From an uncultured candidatus Porisulfidus sp. (lineage in GTDB: Bacteria; Pseudomonadota; Gammaproteobacteria; Poriferisulfidales; Oxydemutatoraceae): a stretch of 64,000 nt of DNA. The stretch spans positions 64,001 through 128,000 of the forward strand of contig OZ244052.1 in NCBI GenBank assembly GCA_965215125.1, read 5' to 3'. Under the pieces are notes generated by a model. The model saw only the letters and a list, made by a program, of their open reading frames with translations. It was not told the DNA's origin and did no database searches. The stretch's first letter is position 1; each line of letters begins with the position of its first letter. A program made the translations under genes and the position numbers. Shown here in pieces: positions 17,998 to 28,552 of the stretch.

Positions 17998-18785
17998 ACA
18001 AATCTAAATCTGAGTACCCGCAATATATAGCGATAGTGCTTTATACGCTATTGAGACGAGAGATATTACGTTTTATGCGTATTTGGATACAGACTTTGCT
18101 ACCGCCGGCGATAACGACGGTGCTGTATTGCGTTATCTTCGGCGAGCTGGTCGGTCGGCAGCTCTCCGGCATGGGAGGATACACCTATATGGAATACATT
18201 ATTCCGGGATTAATCCTGATGGCGGTAATCACCAATTCCTACAGCAATGTCGTCACCTCGTTCTACAGCACCCGCTTTCATAAAAACATAGAGGAAATGC
18301 TTATCTCACCGATGCCTGCATACATATTAATGATAGGCTTTATTGCCGGCGGCATGGCAAGAGGCTTAGTCGTAGGTCTGGTCGTCTGGATAGTCTCCTT
18401 AGTATTTGCAACGCTCCCCTTCCCCGATTTCGGTTTGACAATCGTCGTGTTGCTGTTGACTTCTGCGGTATTTTCCACTGCCGGCATGATCAACGGTATA
18501 TATGCCAGAAGTTTCGATGGGATTTCAATCATTCCCACTTTTATTTTGATGCCTTTGACCTATTTGGGCGGTGTCTTTTATTCGGTAGAAATACTACCCG
18601 AGGTATGGCGCAACATCACTTTATTCAATCCGATTTTTTATATGATAGATATATTCAGACACGCCAGCATGGGATTTAGTGATGTCAATGTTTCCAGATC
18701 TCTGATTATCCTGGCCGGCTGTTTAGTCGTTTTGGTAACTATTTGCCTACAGCTGCTGGTACGAGGTGTTCGCATACGCAACTGA
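17994..18785 (+). CDS. ABC-2 transporter permease (YadH-like)
   Basis: RIWIQTLLPP, PGLILMAVITNSYSNV, PLTYLGGVFYS. Confidence 0.92.
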   Translation: MNKSKSEYPQYIAIVLYTLLRREILRFMRIWIQTLLPPAITTVLYCVIFGELVGRQLSGMGGYTYMEYIIPGLILMAVITNSYSNVVTSFYSTRFHKNIEEMLISPMPAYILMIGFIAGGMARGLVVGLVVWIVSLVFATLPFPDFGLTIVVLLLTSAVFSTAGMINGIYARSFDGISIIPTFILMPLTYLGGVFYSVEILPEVWRNITLFNPIFYMIDIFRHASMGFSDVNVSRSLIILAGCLVVLVTICLQLLVRGVRIRN

Positions 18786-18792
18786 TCTACCG

Positions 18793-21438
18793 ATGATAGA
18801 CAGCGACCCGCAAGAAACCAGAGAATGGCTCGATGCACTGGACGATCTTAGCGAAACAGCCGGCAAACAGCGCGCCGTTTATTTATTAAAGCGTATAGAA
18901 GAATACGCACAAGCACAAGGCATTTCTACGCCGAGCACTATCGCAAACACCCCTTATATCAATACCATCCCGACTGACGAACAAGCGGCAAGCCCGGGTG
19001 ATAATGCGATAGAACACCGTATTCGCTCGTTGATACGATGGAATGCCGCAGTCATGGTGATTCGTGCCAATAAAAAGTACAACGGCATCGGCGGACATAT
19101 TGCAACCTTCGCTTCTGCAGCAACACTCTACGATGTGGGGTTCAACCATTTCTTTAAGGGACCCAATCATCCCGACGGTAGCGATTTATTATTTATCCAA
19201 GGACATAGCTCACCGGGTATTTATGCACGGGCATTCCTAGAGGGGCGTCTCTCCGAGAAACAGCTTAACGGATTTCGTTTTGAAATCGGCGAACAGGGCT
19301 TGTCGTCTTATCCACACCCTAAACTGATGCCCGATTTTTGGCAATTCCCCACTGTTTCTATGGGGCTTTCGTCGATTATGGGAATTTACCAAGCGCGCTT
19401 TATGCATTATTTGGAAAACCGCAAACTTGTAACATGCAAAGGGCGACGGGTTTGGGTGTTTCTAGGGGACGGCGAGATGGACGAACCCGAAGCACTGGGG
19501 GCTATTTCTCTTGCCGGTCGTGAAAAGCTGGATAACTTGACTTTCGTTATCAACTGCAATCTGCAACGATTGGACGGACCGGTGCGCGGAAACGGCAAAA
19601 TTATTCAAGAACTTGAGGCTATTTTCAGAGGATCGGGTTGGAATGTTATCAAAGTCATTTGGGGATCTTACTGGGATCCTTTATTGAAAAAAGATAAAGA
19701 AGGTCTGTTGGTGAAGAGAATGGGAGAAGTAATAGACGGTTATTATCAAAACTACAAAGCGAAGGAAGGTTCTTATATACGCAAACATTTCTTCGGCAAA
19801 TACCCGCAGTTGTTAGATATGGTTTCCGACTTATCCGATCTGGATTTATGGAAATTGAACAGAGGCGGGCACGACCCCAATAAAGTCTATGCGGCATATC
19901 ACGCAGCGGTCAATCACAAAGAACAACCTACCGTAATTTTAGCCAAAACAGTCAAAGGTTACGGCATGGGGGAGTCGGGCGAGGGGCAGAACCGCTCGCA
20001 TCAGCAAAAGAAGATGGATATAGAGTCGTTAAAGACGATGCGCGATCGCTTTAACTTACCGCTCACCGACAAGCAAGTAGAAAATCTGGAGTATATCGCC
20101 CTGTCCAAAGATAGCGACGAATATCATTACTTATACGAACATCGTACGAAGCTCGGCGGCTTTATGCCACAAAGAAGCCATCTGCGCAGAGCCGCTCCGC
20201 TACCCTACCCGAGTCTGGATAGCCTCTCCGCCTTACTCAAACCGACGGGCAAAGCCTTCTCTACGACGATGGCTTTCGTACGCATCCTAACTTTGCTATG
20301 CAGAGATCCACAATTCGGGCGTTATGTGGTACCGATCGTTCCCGACGAGGCACGCACTTTCGGTATGGAGGGAATGTTTCGTACTCTGGGCATTTATTCG
20401 TCGGTCGGACAACTCTACGAACCGCAAGACATAGACGAAATCATGTACTATAAAGAAGATAAATCGGGTCAGATACTGGAGGAATCTATCTGTGAGGCGG
20501 GTGCATTTTCATCGTGGATTGCGGCAGCAACTTCGTACAGCGAGCATAGTTTGAACATGGTGCCCTTTTATATATTCTATTCGATATTCGGTTTCCAGCG
20601 CATCGGCGACCTCGCCTGGGCGGCGGGTGATATGGAGTCGCGCGGTTTTTTAATCGGAGCAACATCGGGGCGTACCACGCTAGCCGGCGAAGGCTTGCAA
20701 CATCAGGATGGACAAAGTCATTTACAAGCTGCGGTGATACCTAACTGCATTAGTTATGATCCTTGTTTTGCTTACGAACTTGCGGTGATTATTCATCACG
20801 GATTGAAGCGTATGGTCGGCAAACAAGAGAATATCTTCTTTTATATCACCGTGATGAACGAAAGTTACGGACATCCCGAAATGCCCGGAGATATCGCCGC
20901 ACAGATTATTCGCGGTATCTATTGCCTGAAATCATCATCTCATCCTCAAGTTCGCCTATTGGGTAGTGGTGCAATTTTGCGAGAATGTATCGCCGCACAA
21001 AAACTATTGCAGGACGACTGGGATATAGAAGCCGAAGTCTATAGTGTGACTAGCTTCACCGAATTGTCTCGCGACGGACACGATACGCTGCGCTGGAATA
21101 GATTGCATCCTTTAGGCGATAAACGCACACCTTATGTCACCCGATGTTTGACTCAAGCGGATATTCCCGTCGTCGCCGCCAGCGACTATATGCACAGCTA
21201 TGCCGAACAAATACGCGCTTATATTCCCGCACCTTACTATACTCTGGGAACCGACGGCTACGGACGCTCGGATACTCGCAAGCAACTACGACGTTTTTTT
21301 GAAGTAGATAGATACCATATCGTATTAACCGCACTGCAAGCCCTGGCGAACAACAAAAAGCTACCGCCCGATATAGCGGCTTCGGCAATAGAAAAATACC
21401 GAATTGACTCCGATACCGAAAATCCGGCAAAGTGTTAG
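18793..21438 (+). CDS. aceE: Pyruvate dehydrogenase E1, homodimeric type
   Basis: DSDPQETREW, GGHIATF, QFPTVSMG, GDGEMDE, NLQRLDGPV. Confidence 0.97.
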   Translation: MIDSDPQETREWLDALDDLSETAGKQRAVYLLKRIEEYAQAQGISTPSTIANTPYINTIPTDEQAASPGDNAIEHRIRSLIRWNAAVMVIRANKKYNGIGGHIATFASAATLYDVGFNHFFKGPNHPDGSDLLFIQGHSSPGIYARAFLEGRLSEKQLNGFRFEIGEQGLSSYPHPKLMPDFWQFPTVSMGLSSIMGIYQARFMHYLENRKLVTCKGRRVWVFLGDGEMDEPEALGAISLAGREKLDNLTFVINCNLQRLDGPVRGNGKIIQELEAIFRGSGWNVIKVIWGSYWDPLLKKDKEGLLVKRMGEVIDGYYQNYKAKEGSYIRKHFFGKYPQLLDMVSDLSDLDLWKLNRGGHDPNKVYAAYHAAVNHKEQPTVILAKTVKGYGMGESGEGQNRSHQQKKMDIESLKTMRDRFNLPLTDKQVENLEYIALSKDSDEYHYLYEHRTKLGGFMPQRSHLRRAAPLPYPSLDSLSALLKPTGKAFSTTMAFVRILTLLCRDPQFGRYVVPIVPDEARTFGMEGMFRTLGIYSSVGQLYEPQDIDEIMYYKEDKSGQILEESICEAGAFSSWIAAATSYSEHSLNMVPFYIFYSIFGFQRIGDLAWAAGDMESRGFLIGATSGRTTLAGEGLQHQDGQSHLQAAVIPNCISYDPCFAYELAVIIHHGLKRMVGKQENIFFYITVMNESYGHPEMPGDIAAQIIRGIYCLKSSSHPQVRLLGSGAILRECIAAQKLLQDDWDIEAEVYSVTSFTELSRDGHDTLRWNRLHPLGDKRTPYVTRCLTQADIPVVAASDYMHSYAEQIRAYIPAPYYTLGTDGYGRSDTRKQLRRFFEVDRYHIVLTALQALANNKKLPPDIAASAIEKYRIDSDTENPAKC

Positions 21439-21526
21439 AGAGAAATGGCAAGCACAACCGAATTCTCCGGAATTAATAAATGCTTGCGTTATAATCGGTG
21501 ACAATCAAACGATAACCGATATTACT

Positions 21527-22810
21527 ATGGAATCTCAGATAACTGTACCGAATGTAGACGACTTTGATGTTGTTGAAATCAGCGAGATATTAGTCGCACT
21601 CGGTGATACCGTAAATGCCGACGACAGCGTCGTGACTTTGGAAAGTGAAAAAGCGGCGATGGAAATCCCATCTACCAAATCGGGAGTGATCAAGGATATA
21701 CATGTAAAAGTAGGCGATGCGGTTAAAACCGATACTTTGTTGGTTACTCTGGAAACAGAGTCGGATACAAATCAAGCCGAGACTGCAGAACCTGAATCTG
21801 TAACAACGAGCGAAGATACAACGGCAATCCAAACTGCAACACGACCTCAAGAGGCACTACAAACTCAAGCTATAGATAAAGAAGAGGTGGTTACACAACA
21901 ACAAACTCCTCATGCTATCGAATCAAAAGATACAACGGCATTGCGTGCAAGCCCTTCGGTGAGACGTTTTGCGCGTGAGCTCGGTGTTAAGCTCTCGGCG
22001 GTTGCCGGCACCGGTCCTAAAGGACGGATTACCAGAGCGGATGTTGCCCAATACTTTAGTACTGCGGTTACATCGGTAGCACAAAGTAAACCGGCAGCCA
22101 AACGAGTTGACTACAAACGCTTCGGCAATACCCGAACCGAAAGTATCGGCGGAGTACAACGGATAATTGCCGAACATCTGCAAAGCACATGGCAAACCAT
22201 CCCGCATGTATGGCAGCACGGTGAAGCCGATATAAGTGAATTGGAAAACTACCGCAAGCAACACTTTAACGGAGCTAAAAAATCAAGCAAGACCACATTA
22301 TTGCCTTTTCTAATAAAAGCATTGGCACACTCGTTAAGAGAATTCCCTCGCTTTAATGCCTCTTTAGAAAACTCTAAAACCCTGTTGCTCAGGGAGTATT
22401 ATCACATCGGCTTTGCGATTGATACCGAGCATGGCTTATTCGTGCCGGTGATACGAGATGTGGATCAAAAAGATATCAAAACTATAAACAGCGAACTCAA
22501 ACAGCTTGCACGACAAGCCAAAGCAGGCAAATTAAGTGCCGACGATATGTCCGGAGGTTGCATCACCATCAGCAATCTAGGCGGTCTTGATAGTGGTGCA
22601 TTTACACCGATAATCAACGCACCCGAAGCGGCAATTCTGGGTATTAGCCGTACCCGCATCACGCCGGTCTGGGATGGCGAACAATTCGTGCCCAGACCCA
22701 TGCTACCGTTGCATCTATGCTACGACCATCGCTTGAATAACGGTGTTGCCGCAGTTAATTTTCTTAATCATTACAAAGCGTTATTATCTAAACCCGATAT
22801 TTTCAATTAG
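21527..22810 (+). CDS. aceF: Dihydrolipoamide acetyltransferase E2 (single lipoyl domain)
   Basis: LESEKAAME lipoyl site, ASPSVRRFARE, GTGPKGRI, YDHR. Confidence 0.93.
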   Translation: MESQITVPNVDDFDVVEISEILVALGDTVNADDSVVTLESEKAAMEIPSTKSGVIKDIHVKVGDAVKTDTLLVTLETESDTNQAETAEPESVTTSEDTTAIQTATRPQEALQTQAIDKEEVVTQQQTPHAIESKDTTALRASPSVRRFARELGVKLSAVAGTGPKGRITRADVAQYFSTAVTSVAQSKPAAKRVDYKRFGNTRTESIGGVQRIIAEHLQSTWQTIPHVWQHGEADISELENYRKQHFNGAKKSSKTTLLPFLIKALAHSLREFPRFNASLENSKTLLLREYYHIGFAIDTEHGLFVPVIRDVDQKDIKTINSELKQLARQAKAGKLSADDMSGGCITISNLGGLDSGAFTPIINAPEAAILGISRTRITPVWDGEQFVPRPMLPLHLCYDHRLNNGVAAVNFLNHYKALLSKPDIFN

Positions 22811-22816
22811 GAGATA

Positions 22817-24247
22817 ATGGCTGCAACTTCTACTAAACAACAGGGCAGTGAACGTCTAGTCGTCATCGGTGGCGGACCTGGCGGCTACAGTGCTGCGTTC
22901 AGAGCTGCCGACTTGGGCTTTGAGGTTACGCTCGTCGAACGTTATTCGGTATTGGGTGGCGTGTGCTTGAATGTCGGTTGTATTCCGTCTAAAACATTGC
23001 TCCATACGAGTGCCGTCATTAGAGCTGCACAAGGATTGAAAGAACAGGGCATTGTCTTCGGTTCTCCGGAAATCAAACCAAAAGAATTGATGCAATTCAA
23101 AGACTCGGTCATCGCACGCTTGAACAAAGGGCTTGCCAAACTTGCCGAACAACGACGCATTCGAGTGATACACGATACTGCTTGCTTCCATTCCGAAGAC
23201 AAATTAAAACTGACCGAATCATCAAAAACCATAGACTTTGATAAAGCAATTATTGCAACCGGCTCTCGCAATCGTCGTATAGAAAGTGCAATAGACCCTA
23301 CACAACTTATGTATTCGGGCGATGCCCTAAACATAAAGCATGTTCCTAGTCGGTTGTTGATTATCGGCGGCGGTATCATCGGCATAGAAAACGCTTTTAT
23401 CTATCAAGGCCTCGGGTCGGCGGTTGAAATTGTCGAACTTCAACCGCAATTACTCGAGATGTGCGATACCGATATCGGCAAACCGTTGCTAGACCGCTTG
23501 ACCGACATTTGTGATGCAATCTACACGCAAGCCCGAATTAGCAAAATTGAAAACGATAAAGACGGATTGCTTGCGGAAATTAAAACATCAAATACTACTA
23601 TCACGCGCCGCTTCGATGCCGTTTTAATCGGCACCGGGCGATTACCGAATAGCGATATGCTAGGACTCGATACTATAAGTTTGCTGACCGACGATAACGG
23701 TTATATCGTAGTTGACGAATGTATGCGTACTAACGTGGCCAATGTTTATGCAGTCGGTGATGTAGTCGGCAATCCGATGCTCGCCCATAAAGCGTCGCAT
23801 CAAGGTAAAATTGCAGCCGAACACGCCGCCGGGATGCGGGTTTCCTTCACCGACAAAGCTATTCCTTGGGTCATCTACAGCGATCCCGAATTGGCATGGG
23901 TCGGCATGACCGAAAAAACGGCGCGCAAAGCGGGAATAGATTATCAAAGTGCGATATTCCCGTGGCAGGCGAGTGGACGCGCACTCGGCACGAAACGAGG
24001 CGACGGTCTGAGTAAGCTAATCTATCATAGCGGAAGCAAGAGATTATTGGGCGGTGCCGTTTGCGGCGCAGGTGCCGACGAACTGATTGCAGAAATAACC
24101 TTGGCACTCGAGATGGATAGCGATCTCTACGATATCTCGTTGAGCGTACACCCCCACCCTACTTATGCGGAAACAATATCACAAACTGCAGAACTTGCAC
24201 TCGGCACGGTCACCGAACTTTATACCGGCAAACCGCGTAAACGATAA
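22817..24247 (+). CDS. lpdA: Dihydrolipoamide dehydrogenase E3
   Basis: GGGPGGY, GGVCLNVGCIPSK, HPHPT. Confidence 0.96.
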   Translation: MAATSTKQQGSERLVVIGGGPGGYSAAFRAADLGFEVTLVERYSVLGGVCLNVGCIPSKTLLHTSAVIRAAQGLKEQGIVFGSPEIKPKELMQFKDSVIARLNKGLAKLAEQRRIRVIHDTACFHSEDKLKLTESSKTIDFDKAIIATGSRNRRIESAIDPTQLMYSGDALNIKHVPSRLLIIGGGIIGIENAFIYQGLGSAVEIVELQPQLLEMCDTDIGKPLLDRLTDICDAIYTQARISKIENDKDGLLAEIKTSNTTITRRFDAVLIGTGRLPNSDMLGLDTISLLTDDNGYIVVDECMRTNVANVYAVGDVVGNPMLAHKASHQGKIAAEHAAGMRVSFTDKAIPWVIYSDPELAWVGMTEKTARKAGIDYQSAIFPWQASGRALGTKRGDGLSKLIYHSGSKRLLGGAVCGAGADELIAEITLALEMDSDLYDISLSVHPHPTYAETISQTAELALGTVTELYTGKPRKR

Positions 24248-24263
24248 TTGGCGTCCTCATAAT

Positions 24264-24340
24264 TGGCGTCCCCAAGGGGATTCGAACCCCTGTTACCGCC
24301 GTGAAAGGGCGATGTCCTAGGCCGACTAGACGATGGGGAC
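24264..24340 (-). tRNA. tRNA-Glu(TTC)
   Basis: GTCCCCATCGTCTAG...CCCTTTCACGG...GGTTCGAATCCCCTTGGGGACGCCA cloverleaf with CCA. Confidence 0.96.
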
Positions 24341-24389
24341 GCAGTGAAAGTGTAAATTGTGACGATAAGCCGCCTTTATGTCAAGTAAA

Positions 24390-24875
24390 TTATGAATCGT
24401 GCAGTGCTTTAGAGCTGACGACGACACCGTCGCTGTCTGCATAAAGCCAATCACCGGGTTTGCAACTCACACCACCTAAGTTCACCTTTACATTGCAAGT
24501 ACCCCTATCTTTCTTTTCACTTTTACACGGATGGGTAGCGAGTGCTTTCACGCCTATCTTTAAGGTTGCAATGATATCGCTGTCTCTGATACAGCCGTTG
24601 ATTACAACACCACACCAGCGATTGTCTATTGCCAGTTGTGCTAATAAATCACCCAACAACGCACAACGCTTCGAACCACCGCCGTCTACGAGTAATACCC
24701 TATTGCGCCCTGCCTCTTGCAGTGTTTTTTTGACGAATGAATTGTCTTCAAAACATTGCACGGTTGCAATCTCGCCGCAGAAAGCCGGCACACCGCCGTA
24801 ATCCTTCAGCGGCAAAGCCATATATTGTAGTTCTTGTAAATGTGCATCGCACAAATCTGCTGTTTTGATAATCAT
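24390..24875 (-). CDS. rraA: RraA / HMG aldolase family protein
   Basis: TADLCD, CFEDNS, VDGGGS..CALLGD, NGCIRD, YADSDG. Confidence 0.9.
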   Translation of the reverse strand: MIIKTADLCDAHLQELQYMALPLKDYGGVPAFCGEIATVQCFEDNSFVKKTLQEAGRNRVLLVDGGGSKRCALLGDLLAQLAIDNRWCGVVINGCIRDSDIIATLKIGVKALATHPCKSEKKDRGTCNVKVNLGGVSCKPGDWLYADSDGVVVSSKALHDS

Positions 24876-24910
24876 CTTTTATTCCTGATTGTTGGTGAAT
24901 GCTTTAATAA

Positions 24911-25360
24911 TTAGTTGAGTTTATATTTTACCGTAAATTGCTGTTTACGATAACCCTCGATAACCGCCGCTTCAATTAGCGGAGATTTTATCAATATATC
25001 GCGTAGCTGTTCGTTTTGCTTCTGATCTTGATAACTTGTTCTGAATTTTAATTCTATACCGTCGTTTTTATAGACGGCTGCAGTGCGCAACGAGCCCTGC
25101 AAATGCGGCCAGTCTGCCATCTCGTTTTGAAGTCGTGTGACTCTGTTCCGCCACGCCGTATGGTCGCCTCTCAAATAATAAACCTTTAGCTGTTCCGGTA
25201 TATAGTTCATAAGTGCTTGCTTTAAGACAACCGTCTCCGCTTCCGATATTTTATCTCCGCTATTAATGTTATATATCGCAACGCTCGCCAGTACCGCTAA
25301 AATCGTAACTGCGACTAATATCTCTATTAATGTGAAACCGTAATCGCTCTTTGTATTCAT
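24911..25360 (-). CDS. Prepilin-type N-terminal cleavage/methylation domain protein
   Basis: GFTLIEILVAVTILAVLA after ATG 25360 with AGGAG RBS. Confidence 0.85.
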   Translation of the reverse strand: MNTKSDYGFTLIEILVAVTILAVLASVAIYNINSGDKISEAETVVLKQALMNYIPEQLKVYYLRGDHTAWRNRVTRLQNEMADWPHLQGSLRTAAVYKNDGIELKFRTSYQDQKQNEQLRDILIKSPLIEAAVIEGYRKQQFTVKYKLN

Positions 25361-25455
25361 AAACAACTCTCCTATTTGTTTGCATCCACCGTGCCGATAA
25401 GCACACTGCAAATAGATTGGAAAATTAAAACCGGTGTCGTTTTAATTTAAGTCTT

Positions 25456-25830
25456 TTAGCCGGGTAAGAGTAGATGTAATATCAGACTCATAATGGAAAC
25501 ATTCAGAAGTATCGTTGTAATAGCCATTCCGAACATTTTTCGGACTAACCGTGTTTCCATCTGCGACATCTTAAGTTCTATTTCTTTGATATCGGTCTTA
25601 GTTGCCATATCTTTGATGTCGGCTTTGGTTGCCATTCTCAATTCTACATCTCTGATGTCGGCTTTGGTTGCCATATCTTTGATATCGGCTCTGGTTGCCG
25701 TATCTTTGACGGCATCCTTAACTATGGTATCGATAATGTAGACAAGATTCTCTATTGCTAAACCAATCTCTTCCTCGGTTGTGCCGGGAATCTTCGCCAG
25801 TGTTTTATGAAAAAGTGAGTTGTATACCAT
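25456..25830 (-). CDS. Small coiled-coil protein with ATKADI repeats and C-terminal TM helix (DUF1640-like)
   Basis: ATRADIKDM-ATKADIRD-ATKADIKDM-ATKTDIKE; AGGAG RBS. Confidence 0.7.
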   Translation of the reverse strand: MVYNSLFHKTLAKIPGTTEEEIGLAIENLVYIIDTIVKDAVKDTATRADIKDMATKADIRDVELRMATKADIKDMATKTDIKEIELKMSQMETRLVRKMFGMAITTILLNVSIMSLILHLLLPG

Positions 25831-25972
25831 AATATATCTCCTATTCGGTTAACGATTATAAATAAATACTTGCTTTACGGCAAGGACGAATTTGCAATAT
25901 TAACCTGCAGATACAGCTTGTAAACCGATATAAAATGAACGGTAGCAAATATCCGACGAACGGCGGATAAAA

Positions 25973-26932
25973 CTAAATTTCGGGAAATAATTTACTGATA
26001 GACTGCTCTTGGTGGATGCTTAGAATCGCTTCCGCCAGCATTGTCGATACACTAATTTGTCTAATCGTGCCACATTGCTCGGCAGCCTCGGAAAGTGGAA
26101 TTGTGTCCGTGACTACAACTTCGTCTATCACCGATTGCGCAATGCGTTCAATCGCCGGCCCCGACAATACCGGATGGGTTGCATAAGCACTCACTTTGAG
26201 GGCACCGTTCTCTTTTAGGGCTTTTGCTGCTTTGCATAGAGTTCCTGCAGTATCGACGATATCGTCGATGATAATACAGGATTTATCTTGCACGGTACCG
26301 ATTACGTTCATCACTTGGTTTTCGTTGGGTCGGGGACGTCGCTTATCTATAATCGCAAGATCCGAATCACCCAATCGTTTAGCCAAAGCACGCGCCCGCA
26401 CGACACCTCCTACGTCCGGGGATACGATCATTTTATCACCTTGATAATGTCGATTAATATCATCCAATAACACCGGCGATGCGTAGACATTATCAATCGG
26501 GAAACTGAAAAAACCTTGTATTTGATCGGCGTGTAAATCCACAATCAGTGCGCGATCCGCTTGTACACCGCTAATCATATCGGCAACGACTTTAGCCGAG
26601 ATCGGAACTCTGGCATAGCGCACGCGACGATCTTGTCGGCAATAGCCGAAATAAGGAATGACTGCGGTAATCCGTCCCGCAGAGGCGCGATGCAACGCAT
26701 CGGTCATAATCAATAATTCCATCAGATATTCGGCAGGTGCAAAAATAGGTTGCATAATAAAAATATCCTTACCTCTAACATTCTCAAGAATTTCTATATG
26801 CACTTCGCCGTCGCTGAAACGGTCGACTAAGGCCTTGCCTAGATCGACTTGCAAATGTCCGGCTACTTTTTTTGCCAGTCCGGGGTTCGCCGTGCCGCTG
26901 AATAATGCAATTTTTTTTCTGTTATTTTCCAT
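25973..26932 (-). CDS. prs: Ribose-phosphate pyrophosphokinase
   Basis: [36 protein letters not shown]. Confidence 0.97.
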   Translation of the reverse strand: MENNRKKIALFSGTANPGLAKKVAGHLQVDLGKALVDRFSDGEVHIEILENVRGKDIFIMQPIFAPAEYLMELLIMTDALHRASAGRITAVIPYFGYCRQDRRVRYARVPISAKVVADMISGVQADRALIVDLHADQIQGFFSFPIDNVYASPVLLDDINRHYQGDKMIVSPDVGGVVRARALAKRLGDSDLAIIDKRRPRPNENQVMNVIGTVQDKSCIIIDDIVDTAGTLCKAAKALKENGALKVSAYATHPVLSGPAIERIAQSVIDEVVVTDTIPLSEAAEQCGTIRQISVSTMLAEAILSIHQEQSISKLFPEI

Positions 26933-26950
26933 GTTAGTAATAACCGGTAG

Positions 26951-27025
26951 TGGCTGGGCCGGCAGGATTCGAACCTGCGAATGCCGGGATCAAAACCCGG
27001 TGCCTTACCACTTGGCGACGGCCCA
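26951..27025 (-). tRNA. tRNA-Gln(TTG)
   Basis: TGGGCCGTCGCCAAGTGGTAAGGC...TTTTGAT...GGTTCGAATCCTGCCGGCCCAGCCA; canonical site between ispE and prs. Confidence 0.96.
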
Positions 27026-27076
27026 AAAGTATATCGACATCAAATGAGATACGCATATTAACATAAATTACCGATT

Positions 27077-27892
27077 TCATTCATTGACAGGCGACTGATC
27101 GATACCTCGTGCAACCAGAGATTGCAGGTGTGCAGGACAATCATAAGTCAATTCTGTTGCTTGTGCTTCGGTTTCGCAAGATGCAAAAAAAGCACCACCC
27201 GAACCGGTCAAATGCGCACTACTACGACTATTCAGCCAATCCATATCGGCGGCAATCTGCGGGTGCTCTTTTCTGACAACCGCTTCAAACACATTGGTAG
27301 TGTGGCCGGCCAGATAATCTTTCATCGAAACCTTGCCGCAGTTTCTTTTTAACTCGGAACACTCGAACATGATACCGGTATTAACTTGATGCGGAGGAAT
27401 AAACACGGCATACCAACGAGGTGGCAATTCCACCGCCTGCAGAACCTCCCCTATCCCTTCTCCCCACGCACTTTGACCGATGATGAATAACGGGATATCG
27501 GCACCTAAATCTTTACCATAAGCTATAAGTTGTGCCGCATCCAAACGGCAATCCCATAGCCGATTCAATACTTTAAGCGTGGTTGCCGCATCGGAACTTC
27601 CACCACCCAAACCCATTCCCGCAGGAATACGCTTATGCAAATAGATATCGATCCCTCGCAGTGTGTTGCAAGACTGCTGCATGAGACGGGCAGCCTTAAA
27701 CACTAAGTTATCTCGGCGCGGAATATCCACATTACAATGTAGGTTAATTGCATCGTCCGAGCGCACTTTGAAATCAAGCTCATCGTAGTAATCTATAAGT
27801 TGGAACAAAGTCTGCAATTCGTGATAGCCGTCGGGACGACGTTTTGTAATGTGCAGAAAAAGATTTAGTTTAGCAGGTGCTAGATATTTCAT
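27077..27892 (-). CDS. ispE: 4-diphosphocytidyl-2-C-methyl-D-erythritol kinase
   Basis: APAKLNLFL, DGYHELQT, GLGGGSSDAA, LTGSG. Confidence 0.96.
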   Translation of the reverse strand: MKYLAPAKLNLFLHITKRRPDGYHELQTLFQLIDYYDELDFKVRSDDAINLHCNVDIPRRDNLVFKAARLMQQSCNTLRGIDIYLHKRIPAGMGLGGGSSDAATTLKVLNRLWDCRLDAAQLIAYGKDLGADIPLFIIGQSAWGEGIGEVLQAVELPPRWYAVFIPPHQVNTGIMFECSELKRNCGKVSMKDYLAGHTTNVFEAVVRKEHPQIAADMDWLNSRSSAHLTGSGGAFFASCETEAQATELTYDCPAHLQSLVARGIDQSPVNE

Positions 27893-27901
27893 AAAAACTA
27901 T

Positions 27902-28552
27902 TTAGCATGCCGAAGTTTTAACGGTAATCGGAGGCGTCTGCCACGAGCGTATATGCAACCACAACTGAGTCTGCGCTCGGCTTAATGTCAAACTGCCGGG
28001 CGACCAATCCAGACAATCATCGTCTCTATAATCGGTATAGCTTATAGCCCATCCACCTTGTTTATAAAATTGCAATCTACCCTGCGTATCAAACTCAATA
28101 TCAAAATAAGACTCGCCGGGGGTGGGTGCACCCAACAACCAGTAGTGCAGACTCTCCACCGGCACTTCGGTACCCAACATAGATTTAATCAATGCCGAAG
28201 GATCGGATGCCTGTGTTTGCCTCCCCTTAGAATCTATCGCCGATACACTGCCGTCCGGTCGACTCTCTATAAACATCAAACGCCGACCCAAAAGATCGCT
28301 GAAAATGATAGCAAAACCGTCTTCGCGTCGTGTCCATTGCATAATCCCTCGCCAACTAAACTTATCGTGGCGCAGTGCTATCCTCATCTGCATATCCCAT
28401 TGTGTATAGCCTGCGATACGCTCCTGCATAACCGACACCGCAGTATCGACAATATGCGTTTCCAGCTTTAGAGTCTGTTGCGAACAGGCACCGAATAACA
28501 GGCAAGATGCCGTTAAAAGAAATAAAAGATATTTATGCAGAAAGAGCTTCAC
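27902..28552 (-). CDS. lolB: Outer membrane lipoprotein insertase LolB
   Basis: LFGAC lipobox, P...L.YWLLG.P, Q.GW.I.Y; position before ispE. Confidence 0.85.
   Translation of the reverse strand: MKLFLHKYLLFLLTASCLLFGACSQQTLKLETHIVDTAVSVMQERIAGYTQWDMQMRIALRHDKFSWRGIMQWTRREDGFAIIFSDLLGRRLMFIESRPDGSVSAIDSKGRQTQASDPSALIKSMLGTEVPVESLHYWLLGAPTPGESYFDIEFDTQGRLQFYKQGGWAISYTDYRDDDCLDWSPGSLTLSRAQTQLWLHIRSWQTPPITVKTSAC

Noticed and set aside
16924-21526. N-terminal extensions in the ORF track for the YadG-like gene, aceE and aceF
   Set aside because: They overlap neighbouring genes; homology starts at downstream ATGs 17032, 18793 and 21527.
22720-22745. aceF active site DHRLNNG instead of DHRxxDG
   Set aside because: Asn at this position is a known variant in some gammaproteobacterial E2 enzymes.
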